DNA from: Heterodontus francisci
Taxonomy: Eukaryota
Reading direction: 5' to 3'
DNA length: 64,000 nt
Assembly (NCBI RefSeq): GCF_036365525.1
Contig: NW_027140807.1
Span: 930,001-994,000 of the forward strand
How positions within the stretch are numbered: the first letter of the stretch is position 1; the number at the start of each line of letters is the position of its first letter. Below are positions 37,194 through 49,600 of this stretch, piece after piece. The translations under genes and the position numbers were made by a program. Under the pieces are notes generated by a model that saw only the letters and a program-made list of their open reading frames with translations, did no database searches and was not told the DNA's origin.

Positions 37194-40100
37194 TCGTCGC
37201 AAATTAATGAACTCAAAAGATGGATAAGCAGCAGAACACACGAGGGAGCAAGGGGAGAGAAAATACGATTATTGTGAATATCTCGGGGGTGAATTTCGTC
37301 TAAACCACTCCCGCTGTACTCGCGTAACTTTGGCGGACAACCCTAAATACCCATCACCACTGCGGGAAACGAACAGAGGAAATTTTAAGCCCCAGTCTGT
37401 CTTTTCCACTAGAATAAGTCCTTTCATATTCTCGTCAATGTATTAAATTCCTGTTGTCTCAGTAGGTGAAGCTTTGAGAAACGTGCAAACTTTTTTTCCA
37501 GTTTATTTTGTCTGTTTATTAATTGTTAGTCTGTGTTGTTTGAAACGTTATAAAGAAACATACAACCTTACAGGACGAAAGGAGGCCACTTGGCCCATCG
37601 TGCAAGTGCTAGCTCTTTGAAAAAGCCAGTTGTTAATGCCAAGGCGATCAATTCCAGCTTTGCTGATCTCTCCATGAAACTTAAGTCCCTCATTCCGTGC
37701 AATTCTCGTAAAGCTGTGTATAATATTAAGCAGTAGTAAACAAATTGTAACTTCAAGTTCTGTTTAGTGCAACTATTAATGTCTTTTTTCCCTTTTCTGT
37801 TAATGCAGAAATGTTATTACTATTTGTATCAGACACCTCATCGATTGCAGATGGAAAATGCGCTCATAATTGTCCATTATTTGTCGTGGGGTTCTCAGTG
37901 GATCCAGTATCGACAGCTCGCTTGTGATCTTCTACATTTTTTTTTCTTTTCTTGTTCACTGGTTAAGAAATAAATAGAATATTTCGACAAAGAAAACCGT
38001 TTCTCTCCACTATTATTTCATTTTTACCCCACGCGCTTGGCACAACATTTCCTAACAACATTAAAATATGCAGGTAGACATTAGATTAATTTTATTGGGT
38101 AACGGGATCAAGGGATATTGAGCAAAGATGGGGAAATGGGGTTGGTGTGCAGATCTTCCATGATCTAATTGAATGGCGGAACATGTGCCGGGGTTTAATG
38201 GACTCCTCACACTATGCCTATGTAATAGGCTCGAGGGGCTGAATTGGACTCCTCCTGTTGCAATGCAACAGGCTCTCCTGGTTTGAATGACCTCCTCCAC
38301 CCAATTCTATGCAACAGCATGAGAGGGCAGAATCGCTTCCTCGCTCTACGTGGCAGCTTCGAGTGGGCTAAATAGTCTCCTGTTTCCCTGTTGCTATGTG
38401 TAACCCATCCCTGACAGCCACTGAGAAGGTGGCGATGAACTTGTTTCCTGAATACAAATGAATGTCTTTCTAGGCCATTTCAGAGAGCGGTTATGAGTCA
38501 ACCACATTGCTGTGGGTCTGGAGTTGCATGTAGGCCAGGCCGGGTAACGGCTGCAGATTTCCGTCCTTAAAGAACATGAGTTAACCAGATGGAGTTTGAT
38601 ACAAATCTCTCGCAGTTTCAAGGTCGCCATTGCTGATGTTAGCTATTTATTGCACATTTTGAGCTAATTAGCAGAATTGAAATTCCCCAGCTACCATGAT
38701 GGGATTTGAACTCTTATCTTGGGATTATGAGCCCAGACCATTCCTACCACAATGCTGTCCTTCCACGCAATTTCACCGATGAGTGCTTTACCAGACTGTT
38801 CGAGATTTGGGCAATTTCATCCCCGGCTTTGGCACCCAGGACGCTGCACCCCTCCTTTGTAAATGGTTTGCTCTGAGCGGGCAATGGCGCTCACAGTCGC
38901 CAAGGGATTGTCCACGTGGGAGATGGGTAATGACAGGTGGCTGCTGTCTCCCTTCTGCCCTTTGGGGTTACTGAGCGATACTGTTGGGGAGGTATCGAGC
39001 AAGTCACCTCTGTGTTTAACTGCACCAGATCCAGGCTGTATACATCGAAACCTAGGAACAGGAGGGGGGCCATTTTGATCCTCGCATCGGTTCTGCCATT
39101 CAGTGAGACCTTGTCTGAACTGCACCCCAGCTCCATAGAGATTTCAGCACAGAAACAGGCCATTCAGCCCGTCTGGTCCATGCCAGTGTTTCAGCTCCAC
39201 ATGAGCCTCCTCCCACCCACTCTTCCTCTCACCCCAGCAACATCTCCTTCCATTCCTTTCCCTTTCAAGTGCTTTCCCAACTTCCCCTTAAAGGCATCGA
39301 TGCTATTCTTCTTAAAGTGGTAGCGAGTTCCACATTCCCACCACTCTCTGGGTAAAGAAGTCTCTCCTGATTGGATTCAATAGTGATGTGTCTTATATTT
39401 ATGGCCCCATCTCCCCTATCAAACCCCTTCGTAAGCCTAAAGACGTCTATCAGTTCACCCCTCAGCTTTCTTCATTCAACAGAAAAGTGTCCTAGCCTGT
39501 TCATTCTTTCCTGATGCCTAACAGTGCACACTGACCTGCATCTCAGGAATATGAACCCATTCTCACTGGCTACAGACATTGAAAGATACCTTCATTATCA
39601 GGCTGATTGATGTACGTAGATATCGAGTCAATCTTTAAACCAGCTTTAGAAGGCTACAAGCGTTGCATTTTTGGTAATCGGAAACTCTTTTTTGTCAGCT
39701 CTATCTACCCACTATTCTAGCTCCTGGTCTCTCTAGCTCACCAGTTCTCTGTCTCTATACGTCCCCTGCCTTTCTCTATGCCCTGCATCTTTCCCTCCTT
39801 TTCTATTCCCCACTATCATTCTCCCTCTCTCTTTCTATTTTTCTCTCCCTGTATCATTCATTTATCCCTTCTTTCTCTCTGTATCTCTTATACAGCCATT
39901 CCCCTACCTCTTTTCCTTTCTATCTCATTTCTTCCTCTTCCTGTGCGCTGCCTGCTTAATTCCCCATCACTCACCATGTTTGTCTCTCTCTCTCCCCTCC
40001 CCCTCTCTCTCTATCACCTCGCTTACCGTTTTCCAAGTTGCTGACTCCTCAGTATTTTTCATTGTCTGCCTTTCTGTCTCTCTGTAACCCTCTCTCTCTC

Positions 40101-40619
40101 TCTCTCGCTGCCTGTCTTTCTCTCCATATTCTATCCTGTCTGTCTATTTGTCTCTCTCCATCCCTTCCCCTCTCTTTCCCTCTGTCTTTCTCTCTCTCCA
40201 TCGCTTCCCTTCTCTTTCCCTCTGTCTTTCTCTCTCTCCATCCCTTCCCCTCTCTTTCCCTCTGTCTTTCTCTCTCTCCATATCTTGCCCCCTCTGTTTG
40301 TTTATCTCTCTCTCTCGCTCCCTTGCCCCCTCTTCCCCTCACCCTCTCTCTCTCTTTGTCTCTCTCCCCAGCTCTCCCTAGCTCTTTCTCTCACACACAC
40401 AATCTGGTCTCGAATCACATCCCTTCCCCTTTTTTCCCAGTACTTGCTCACTCCCCGTTCCAATTCTCCATATATAAAAAAAACAACCCTAAATGCAAAA
40501 TTTCAGCAGTAACACTGGAAAATATCAATGAGACAGAGCAGAGTCGGCCAAACGTTCACTGAAATCTTACATACTGTATGTGGGTAAAGATTTGGCTTGT
40601 TAAAGTGATTGTCTGCTTG

Positions 40620-41010
40620 AGTGAACCGGAGCGATAATGAGCTGTGACTTTAAAATTCGGTTACAGTGTCATTTCCTCCGGAAAATATTAACTCAAAACA
40701 AGACTGGAGCTGGAATATAACATTGTGCAGCTGCACGGAAAGATATCAAACGGAGGCCGTGGGATGTGAACTTTCAAATGGTGCAGCTCAGCTTTCTGCA
40801 TGCAGGCGCGCTGCACGGTTTGTAAAGTAGGTCATTGCGCCCGAATTTCACCCTGTGGTTTAACGGAAAGTGCCACCTGTTATTGTTGCTGTGCTCTCCG
40901 CTCAGAGGCTGGCAGATTGAGCCCATGTTTGTCTCATTTCCTACTGGGTGAGACGCTGTCTCTGGGCCCCGTGCACCTGCCCCCTCCATGCAGAGGAAAT
41001 GTGGCTGCTG
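40620..41010. promoter_or_regulatory. candidate TCR enhancer module A
   Basis: Non-repetitive island with RUNX TGTGGTT (40854) abutting Myb TAACGG (40861), E-boxes (40728, 40874, 40974), an ETS-RUNX-like GAGGAAATGTGGC (40993) and an ROR-like AAGTAGGTCA (40825). Confidence 0.5.
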
Positions 41011-41659
41011 GGTCAGTGCAGCAAAGTCTGTGATGCCTATTGCAGCTGAATTTCCTTCTTCAGCATTTTTATATCATTCATTTAGTTATGCTTTCAGTCT
41101 TCAGTTCCTTATTTTAATTATCTTTCTTCCTCCCCATCATTCTTTTATCCTTTCTTTAATTCTTCTCTTCCATCAATTTTTTTATTTCATCCAATCAAAC
41201 TTTCTGTTATTGTATCGACCAATTTTCTATCTTTTGTCATTCCTTTCAATCTACTCCTCTCCTTCATTGTTTATCTTTCTTTCTCTCTATCTCTCTTCCT
41301 CTCTGTCTTTCTTTCTTGTTCTGATTTCTTCTCTCCATTTTCTTTCCCTTCTCTTTTTCTTTCTCTACTTTCTCATTCCTTCCCGCCCCCTTTTTCCTAA
41401 ACTCTTCTCCTTCCTTGGATTTATCTTGCAGTTCTTCTCTCTTTTCTCGTCACGTTCTTTCAATCTCTTTTTTCCCCCTTTTTCACCCAAACAAACTTTC
41501 TTTTTTCCTGCCCCCTGTCCTTCCTCCATCCTGTCTTTCTCACTGGAGCTCAGGATGATGGAATTGGATGAAATGTTGATCTCTGCTGCCACCTGCTGTC
41601 TGTGATCTTATATGCAGGTCCTGTCAATGAGAGTCCAATGTCAATCTGGTGCACAGAAA

Positions 41660-42533
41660 AATAGATAGATAGATGGATAGACGGATAGAGAGTTAGATGG
41701 ATAGATAGACAAGGATTGACTGATAGGTAGAAAGGGATTGATAGATAGATATAAATATAGAAAGCTATTGATAGATATAAAGAGAGTTGTATGGAGACAT
41801 CAATTGATAAAGTGGTAGATAGATAGATACAAATAGAGAGATAGGGCGTTAGATAGAAATATCGATCTCTAGAGACATATATAGGCATATCATATCAGAT
41901 CATATAGACCTATATAGACATATAGGAGATATAGATGGACAGAAAAGTCAATAGATAGAGATATCAATAGATAGAGAGGGAGATACAGGGAGAGAAATCG
42001 AGATGAAGAGATAGATGGATATAACGAAATAGATGGATGGAGGTATCAATAGATAGACAGAGTGATGGGTAAATAGTTAGTTAAAGAAAGTTATGAATAA
42101 ATGGATAGATGAACTGTTGGAATAAATGGATAGGTAGATAGTTGGATATAAAGAAAGAAAGTGATGGATGGAGAGAGCAATAGATAGATAGAGTGATATG
42201 TGGGTAGATAATGATAGAGAACTAAATAGAAAGATCGAGCAATGCAGGTATAGATATATATATAGGCATATAAGATAGATAGAGATACAGTTGGATAAAG
42301 GGATCAATAGATAGAGAAATAGATAGACAGATTGATAGAGAGATGGCTAGACAGATAGATAAATAACTGGATAGAGAGAGTGAAAGAAATGAATTGGGAG
42401 TTCTACAGGTGGTTTAGAGAATAGATAGACAGAGGGATCAACAGATAGATTTGTAGATAAATATTGATGGATAAAGATTCTATATAGAGAGTGAAATAGG
42501 TAGACAGACAGATAATTAGATAGCCATAGACAG
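41660..42533. repeat. degenerate (GATA)n microsatellite
   Basis: agatagatag repeats. Confidence 0.9.
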
Positions 42534-43454
42534 NNNNNNNNNNNNNNNNNNNNNNNNNNNNNNNNNNNNNNNNNNNNNNNNNNNNNNNNNNNNNNNNNNN
42601 NNNNNNNNNNNNNNNNNNNNNNNNNNNNNNNNNNNNNNNNNNNNNNNNNNNNNNNNNNNNNNNNNNNNNNNNNNNNNNNNNNNNNNNNNNNNNNNNNNNN
42701 NNNNNNNNNNNNNNNNNNNNNNNNNNNAATGAACAGAGGTGTAATGAAAAACAATACCGTGATGTGGGGGTAAATGCTGCTCTGGCACATGCATTTATAG
42801 TTTAACTGCTTGTCTTAAAGATGAAGTGTTGTTCTTCTAAAGGAATCACTACCACACCATTCGTGCAAAATTTTATTGACCTTACAAACACTAATCTGCA
42901 CACAGGAAACAGATTTCCACGCCCCTTTGTGTGAAGAAATGCTTCCTGACATCACTCCTGAATAGCCTGGCTCGATGTTTGGGTTTAAACCAACTTGTTC
43001 TGCCCCCGTGCCCCGCCCCCAACAACAGGATATAGTTTATCTCTATCTATTCTATCAACACATTCAGTCATTTTAAACACCTCAGTCAGATCACCGTTTA
43101 ATCTTCTATACCTGAGGGAATAAAGAGTCAGCAATGTAAACATGTTGGGTGTTGCATTTCCTTCACACTTGATTGACTGATCAAATATATTTTCAGATTC
43201 TCCGACCACAGGGAATCTATCATAGAATCAGAGACTGGTTACAGTACAGAAGGAGGCCATTTGGCCCATCGAGTCAATTCCAGCTCTCTGCAAGATCAAC
43301 CCAGCTAATGCAACTCCTCCGATCTCCCCTGTTAATTCAATTCGTCGCCCTAACTACCTGCAAATTCCTCTGTACTGCTTTCTTTCCATGTGTTTTTGTG
43401 GAAAGACTTTGTCAGAACAACACAGCAGCAGAATCGAATTATACAGAGAGACAC

Positions 43455-43555
43455 AGAGACAGGAAACACGCAGTCAGGATGTGCGGTTATCAGAGTGCAG
43501 CTGCAAACGTTTAAACAGCTTAAGAAAGAAAAACAGGCTGGTGTGTGGGTTTAAC
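43455..43555. promoter_or_regulatory. candidate TCR enhancer module B
   Basis: CAGGATGTGCGGTT (ETS + RUNX, 43475-43488) overlapping GATA TTATCA, followed by E-box CAGCTG (43498); a further ETS ACAGGAAA at about 43459. Confidence 0.5.
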
Positions 43556-43749
43556 AGTGAGTGAATCACACGTAGAAACACGCCTACATTTGTATTTTCC
43601 ACTGGGGCTGAGGCTCAAAAGAAGGTTCAAGTGTAAGTTAGCAAAGTGTTACATTACTGGGCTAGTAATCTAAAGGCCTGGTCTAATAACTTGGTGACGT
43701 GAATTCGAATCCCAGCAAGGTGGATAATGTAAGTTCACTTAGTTAGATA

Positions 43750-44155
43750 AACATTCACTCCCTCCACCACCGACACACAGTGGCAGCAGTGTGTACCATC
43801 TACAAGATGCACTGCAGCAATGCACAAAGTCTCCTTCGACAGCACCTTCCAAACTCGCGACCTCTACCAACTAGAATGACAAGGGCAGCAGATGCATCGG
43901 AACATCACCACCTGCAAGCTCCCCTCCAAGTCACACACCATCCTGACTTGGAACTATATTCCCGTTCCTTCACTGTCGCTGGGTCAAAATCCTGGAACTC
44001 CCTTCCTAACAGCACTGTGGATGTAACTACCCCACATGGACTGCAGTGGTTCACGAAGGCAGCTCACCACCACCTTCTCAAGGGCAATTAGGGATGGGCA
44101 ATAAATGCTGGCCTGGCCAGCGACGCCCACATCCTATGAACGAATTTAAAAAATT
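43750..44155 (+). mobile_element. 3' end of a LINE-type element
   Basis: VAAVCTIYKMHCSN..W.Y....F.....KSWNSLP RT C-terminal motif with the tail agggatgggcaataaatgctggcc, which also occurs at about 16680. Confidence 0.7.
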
Positions 44156-45004
44156 ATAAAAAGCTGGTCTCAGTCATGGTAAGCATGAAACTACTGGATT
44201 GCCTGAAAAACCCATCTCTCACTGAGAGAAGGAAATCTGTCATCTTTAACCGGCCTGGCCTAAAAGGTGACTCCATTCCTGCAACAATGTGGCTGACTCT
44301 GAAATGACTGGGCAAGCCATTCGGTCAAACAAAAAGCTGTGCTGGGCACCCACCCAGCATCCCTTGTTAACATTCCCTATTGACCCTCCATCCTAAACTC
44401 CTCCAAAATGCTGATGTGCCCGCCGTGTTATTTCCTCCCATCCTCAGGAGCCCCTTTCGACTCTGTTCCTGCTGTGAGTTTCTCATGTTGTTTTCAGCTC
44501 AGTATCTGTTTTGTATTTTCTCCTGCGAGCTGGCGAACTGCAATGCCTGGTGAAATGTTGTGCAAAGTTGCGAAAAGCAGAGTTAAAACCACAGCGTATC
44601 ATTTCCACAGATCTTTTTATTAGCCTGCTTGAAGTCACAAGAGAGAGAAGGGTGCATCATGAAGAAGCTCAACTTAAAGAAATAAAGCTCAGTGTGTAAA
44701 CGGGTCAAAGATGGACAGGAGACATCTCAACTAGTTAAAGTAGCTTAACCAGCTCAGCTAACCAGCTGACAAGTGGTTAAATGAATTGAATAGAAATTGA
44801 GACATAAATTTTAATTATGTTATCATACAAACTCTCTAAAAGACCTGATGGGTTTTGCCAGTTTCCAAACTGTTACCAACCAATAGAAAATGACAACATA
44901 TCAATGGTCGGGATATGACCCAATAGCCTCCTCCTCCTTTCCCATATTTTTTCAGGATATGTTGTGACGAGTGCCCTGTTGCAGAGATTTTGGCCCTGGC
45001 TTAG

Positions 45005-45037
45005 TTACTCAAAACTTTTCATCAACTTTCCTGAAAT
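45005..45037 (-). pseudogene. inverted Cbeta-like gene, exon 4 (cytoplasmic ISGKLMKSFE*)
   Basis: Strong polypyrimidine-cAG acceptor, phase 0; ends K-x-F-acidic-stop like TSYSKRFD*. Confidence 0.65.
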
Positions 45038-45318
45038 CTGGAAGCGGAAAAAAGGAAGGAAAAAGATTGAGTCAGTCATGGAATATTTCTTACACAATGC
45101 CCTGGGAAGGATTTCGAGTCAGTGGAAACACATTTCATGGCATTTAAAAAGATCCAGAGGGAAGGGTGTGTTTTTCTTAAACTCAGAGCGTTGTTGTCAT
45201 CTGGAAAGCAATGCCTGAAAAAGTGGACAATTGGATTCAGACTTGAAAGGGTAAATTTTGCAAGGTGATGAGGAAAGGGTGAGGGAGTCGGGCTCTCTCT
45301 CTGTCTCCCTTAAACGCT

Positions 45319-45357
<39 letters not shown>

Positions 45358-46337
45358 TTCTCTCTTTTTGTCGATGTGTTCCTTTCTCTGTCTGTGTCTC
45401 TGTGTCACTCTGTCTCTCCGTTGTACTCTCCTCTCTCTCCCTCTCTCTTCCTGTCTCTCCCACTATCACCGTCTCTCCCGCATGTTCTCTCTGTCTATTT
45501 CTCTCTCTTAGGTTCTCCCTCTGTCTGTTCCTGTCTCCCTCTCTCTGTGTCTCTGTATCTGTCTGTCTCTCCCTTAAATGCTTCTCTCTCTCTCTCTTTC
45601 TCTTCCGCTCTCTGTCTGCCTCAATCTTCCTTTCTCACCCTGTCTCTCTTTCATTGCCCAAAACTCTTTCTTCTTAATGTATATAATACAGACACACTCT
45701 CTCTCTCTGTTTATCCCTCGTATCTCAATTTCACTTTATTTCTGTCGAATTGCCTTTCTCTCTCATTTTATCTCCCCAGACTCTCTCTCTCTCTCTCTCT
45801 GTATCTGTCACTCTATGTTTATCTCTCTCTCTCTCTCTCTTCATCTCTCACTCTCTCTCACACACACAACTTATCCTTAGCTATCCCTTTCTCTCACTGT
45901 CTCCAACTGTCTCAGCATTTCCCTCACTGGTTTTGTCACTCTAGCTCTTTGTCTCTCTTTCTGTCTCTCTCTCTCTCTATGTTTTTTCTTTCTCGCTCTC
46001 TGTCCCTCCCCCTCACACTCTCTCTTTACTCTATAGGTACGTCTCTCTCATTCTCCTTCTCTATCGCTCACTCTGCCCTCATGTGAGAGGGTGGGGGAGA
46101 TTCAGGACCCCTTGGTGCAGGATCTAGATGGATTGCAGTCGACACAGTGGTGCTGATAGACTGTGTGGTTTCACTGTCGATTCACATGCACAGTGACATG
46201 GACTGGGTTCAGTGATTCACCCTATGTCTGGGGAATGTGCCTCACTGAGGCCTAAAACCTGGAGAGGATTGAAGTTTACAGAATAGAGAAGGGGGTCGGT
46301 TCTGCACTTCAGCAAAGTGTCCTCGTAATTCTCATAC

Positions 46338-46447
46338 CTTCCCCTTGAGCAGCACGATGGTGATCTTTGCCATAGACAGGAAGCTTTTGGAGATGAGTAA
46401 AGTGTAAGCAGCTCTTGCCACAATCTGTTGCCTCTGTATCCGCTCCA
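46338..46447 (-). pseudogene. inverted Cbeta-like gene, exon 3 (TM; VERIQRQQIVARAAYTLLISKSFLSMAKITIVLLKGK)
   Basis: tctttcAG acceptor, GTATGA donor, phase 1-0. Aligns with functional exon 3, including IQ and Y.LLI.KS with the TM Lys. Confidence 0.85.
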
Positions 46448-46620
46448 CTGAAAGACAGACAAGAAAGACCATAGTCACTGGCCCTAAAATCCAACTTAAT
46501 CATTATGTACATTCCGTGAGTGTGTGTGAGTGCGTGTGTGTATGTTTGCATGAGAGAGGGAGAGAGAGAGAGAGAGAGAGAGAGATCATAGCAAACAGAT
46601 AAAATATTGGAAGTTCTCAC

Positions 46621-46638
46621 CTTTCCCTTCACATAGGC
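46621..46638 (-). pseudogene. inverted Cbeta-like gene, exon 2 (GLCEGK, interchain Cys; acceptor AG-to-CG)
   Basis: 18-bp phase 1-1 exon, GTGAG donor, long T-rich tract ending ttgcCG. Confidence 0.7.
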
Positions 46639-49600
46639 CGGCAAGAAATTTAAAAGAGAAAAAAAACTTCAATTATTTGTGCATAAAACACAGTTTTCAT
46701 ATCACAGCAAGAACATAAAGTGGGAGAAACTTCTTCACTCTGAGATTTGTGCATTGCATCCAGGCTTCTGTCTCTCTTTCTCTCCCTGTCTCTCTCTCCT
46801 CTCTCACCCCCACCCCCGTCTCTCTCTGTCCCTCTGTTTCTCTCTGTCTGTCTCTGTCTCTCTTTCTCTCTCTCTCTCTTCTGGTCTCTCTCGATCTCTA
46901 TCTATCTGACTCTTTCTCTCTGACTGTCTCTCTCTCTCTCTTTCTGTCCCTCTTTCTCTTCCTGTCTCTCGCTGTGTCTCGGTTTTTCTCTTTCTCTCTG
47001 TCTCTCTCTCTCTGTCTCTCTCTCTGACTCTCTCACTCTGGCCCACTCGAGCTCTGTCTCTCTTTCTCGCCTTGTCTCTGTCTCTGTCTGTCTCTATTTC
47101 TGGCTGTCCCTTTCTCGATTTCTTTCTTTCTACCTCTCTCTCTCTGTCGCTGTCTCTGTGTGTCTCCCTCTGTCTCTCATTCTCTTCTTATCTCCGTCTC
47201 TGTCTTACCCCANNNNNNNNNNNNNNNNNNNNNNNNNNNNNNNNNNNNNNNNNNNNNNNNNNNNNNNNNNNNNNNNNNNNNNNNNNNNNNNNNNNNNNNN
47301 NNNNNNNNNNNNNNNNNNNNNNNNNNNNNNNNNNNNNNNNNNNNNNNNNNNNNNNNNNNNNNNNNNNNNNNNNNNNNNNNNNNNNNNNNNNNNNNNNNNN
47401 NNNNTATCTCTGTCTCTGTCTGTCTGTCTCTATCTGTCTATCTCTCTTTTTCTCTCTGTTTCTGTCTCCCTGTCTCTCTTTCTGTCTGTCTCTCTCAATC
47501 TCTGTCTCTCTCTCTCTGTCGCTGTCTTTCCCTCTGTCTCTCTGCCTCTCTGTGTCTCTGTCTTTCTCTCTGTTTGTGTCTAACTCTCTCTGTGTCTCTG
47601 TCTCTCGTTCTCTATCTCTCTCTCTTCCTTTCTCTCCTTTTCTCTCTGTCTCTGTCTCTCTGTTTCTCTGTGTGTCTCTCTCTGTCTCTCTCTGTCCCTC
47701 TATTTCTCTCATTTTCTCTCTGTATCTGTTTCGCTGTCTCTCTGTGTGTCTGTCTGTCTCTGTCGCTGCTTCTCTCTCTCACTGTCTCTGTCTTTCCCAC
47801 TGTCTTTCTGCCTCTCTCTCTTTCTCTCTCTTTCCTTTCCTGTCTCTCTCTCAAACAGTGTCTCTCTCTCAGTCTCTTTCTCTTTGACCATGTGTCTCTC
47901 TCTGCATGTGTCTCTCTCTTTCTCTCCTTTTCTCTCTGTCTCTGTTTCTGTCTCTCTGTTTCTGTCTCTCTCTGCCTCTCTCTCTCTCATTCACTGTCTC
48001 TGTCTTTCACGTTGTCTCTGCGTCTCTCGATCTGTCACTCATTTGTCNNNNNNNNNNNNNNNNNNNNNNNNNNNNNNNNNNNNNNNNNNNNNNNNNNNNN
48101 NNNNNNNNNNNNNNNNNNNNNNNNNNNNNNNNNNNNNNNNNNNNNNNNNNNNNNNNNNNNNNNNNNNNNNNNNNNNNNNNNNNNNNNNNNNNNNNNNNNN
48201 NNNNNNNNNNNNNNNNNNNNNNNNNNNNNNNNNNNNNNNNNNCTGCCTTTCTTTCTCTCTGTTTCTCTCTCTCTGTCACTGTATATCTATGTCTCTCTAT
48301 CTCGTCTCTCTCTGTCTCTCCCAATCTCTCCCTCTCTCCCTCTGTGTCTATCTCTCTATCTCTGTCTCTGTCTGTCTGTCTCTATCTGTCTATCTCTCTT
48401 TTTCTCTCTGTTTCTGTCTCCCTGTCTCTCTTTCTGTCTGTCTCTCTCAATCTCTGTCTCTCTCTCTCTGTCGCTGTCTTTCCCTCTGTCTCTCTGCCTC
48501 TCTGTGTCTCTGTCTTTCTCTCTGTTTGTGTCTAACTCTCTCTGTGTCTCTTTCTCTCGTTCTCTGTCTCTCTCTCTTTATTTCTCTCCTTTTCTCTCTG
48601 TCTCTGTCTTTCTGTTTCTCTGTGTTTCTCTCTCTGTCTCTCTCTGTCTCTCTATTTCTCTCATTTTCTCTCTGTGTCTGTTTCGCTGTCTCTCTGTGTG
48701 TCTGTCTGTCTCTGTCGCTGCTTCTCTCTCACACTGTCTCTGTCTTTCCCACTGTCTTTCTGCCTCTCTCTCTTTCTCTCTCTTTCCTTTCCTGTCTCTC
48801 TCTCTCAAACAGTGTCTCTCTCTCAGTCTCTTTCTCTTTGACCATGTGTCTCTCTCTGCATGTGTCTCTCTCTCTCCTTTTCTCTCTGTCTCTGTTTCTG
48901 TCTCTCTGTTTCTGTCTCTCTCTGCCTCTCTCTCTCTCATTCACTGTCTCTGTCTTTCACGTTGTCTCTGCATCTCTCGATCTGTCACTCATTTGTCNNN
49001 NNNNNNNNNNNNNNNNNNNNNNNNNNNNNNNNNNNNNNNNNNNNNNNNNNNNNNNNNNNNNNNNNNNNNNNNNNNNNNNNNNNNNNNNNNNNNNNNNNNN
49101 NNNNNNNNNNNNNNNNNNNNNNNNNNNNNNNNNNNNNNNNNNNNNNNNNNNNNNNNNNNNNNNNNNNNNNNNNNNNNNNNNNNNNNNNNNNNNNCTGCCT
49201 TTCTTTCTCTCTGTTTCTCTCTCTCTGTCACTGTATATCTATGTCTCTCTATCTCGTCTCTCTCTGTCTCTCCCAATCTCTCCCTCTCTCCCTCTGTGTC
49301 TATCTCTCTATCTCTGTCTCTGTCTGTCTGTCTCTATCTGTCTATCTCTCTTTTTCTCACTGTTTCTGTCTCCCTGTCTCTCTTTCTGTCTGTCTCTCTC
49401 AATCTCTGTCTCTCTCTCTCTGTCGCTGTCTTTCCCTCTGTCTCTCTGCCTCTCTGTGTCTCTGTCTTTCTCTCTGTTTGTGTCTAACTCTGTCTGTGTC
49501 TCTTTCTCTCGTTCTCTATCTCTCTCTCTTTATTTCTCTCCTTTTCTCTCTGTCTCTGTCTTTCTGTTTCTCTGTGTTTCTCTCTCTGTCTCTCTATTTC

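Noticed and set aside
46217-46644. ORF-track minus-strand ORFs as an inverted Vbeta (TRBV30-like)
   Set aside because: No V motifs; the third frame is the TM exon of the inverted C gene.
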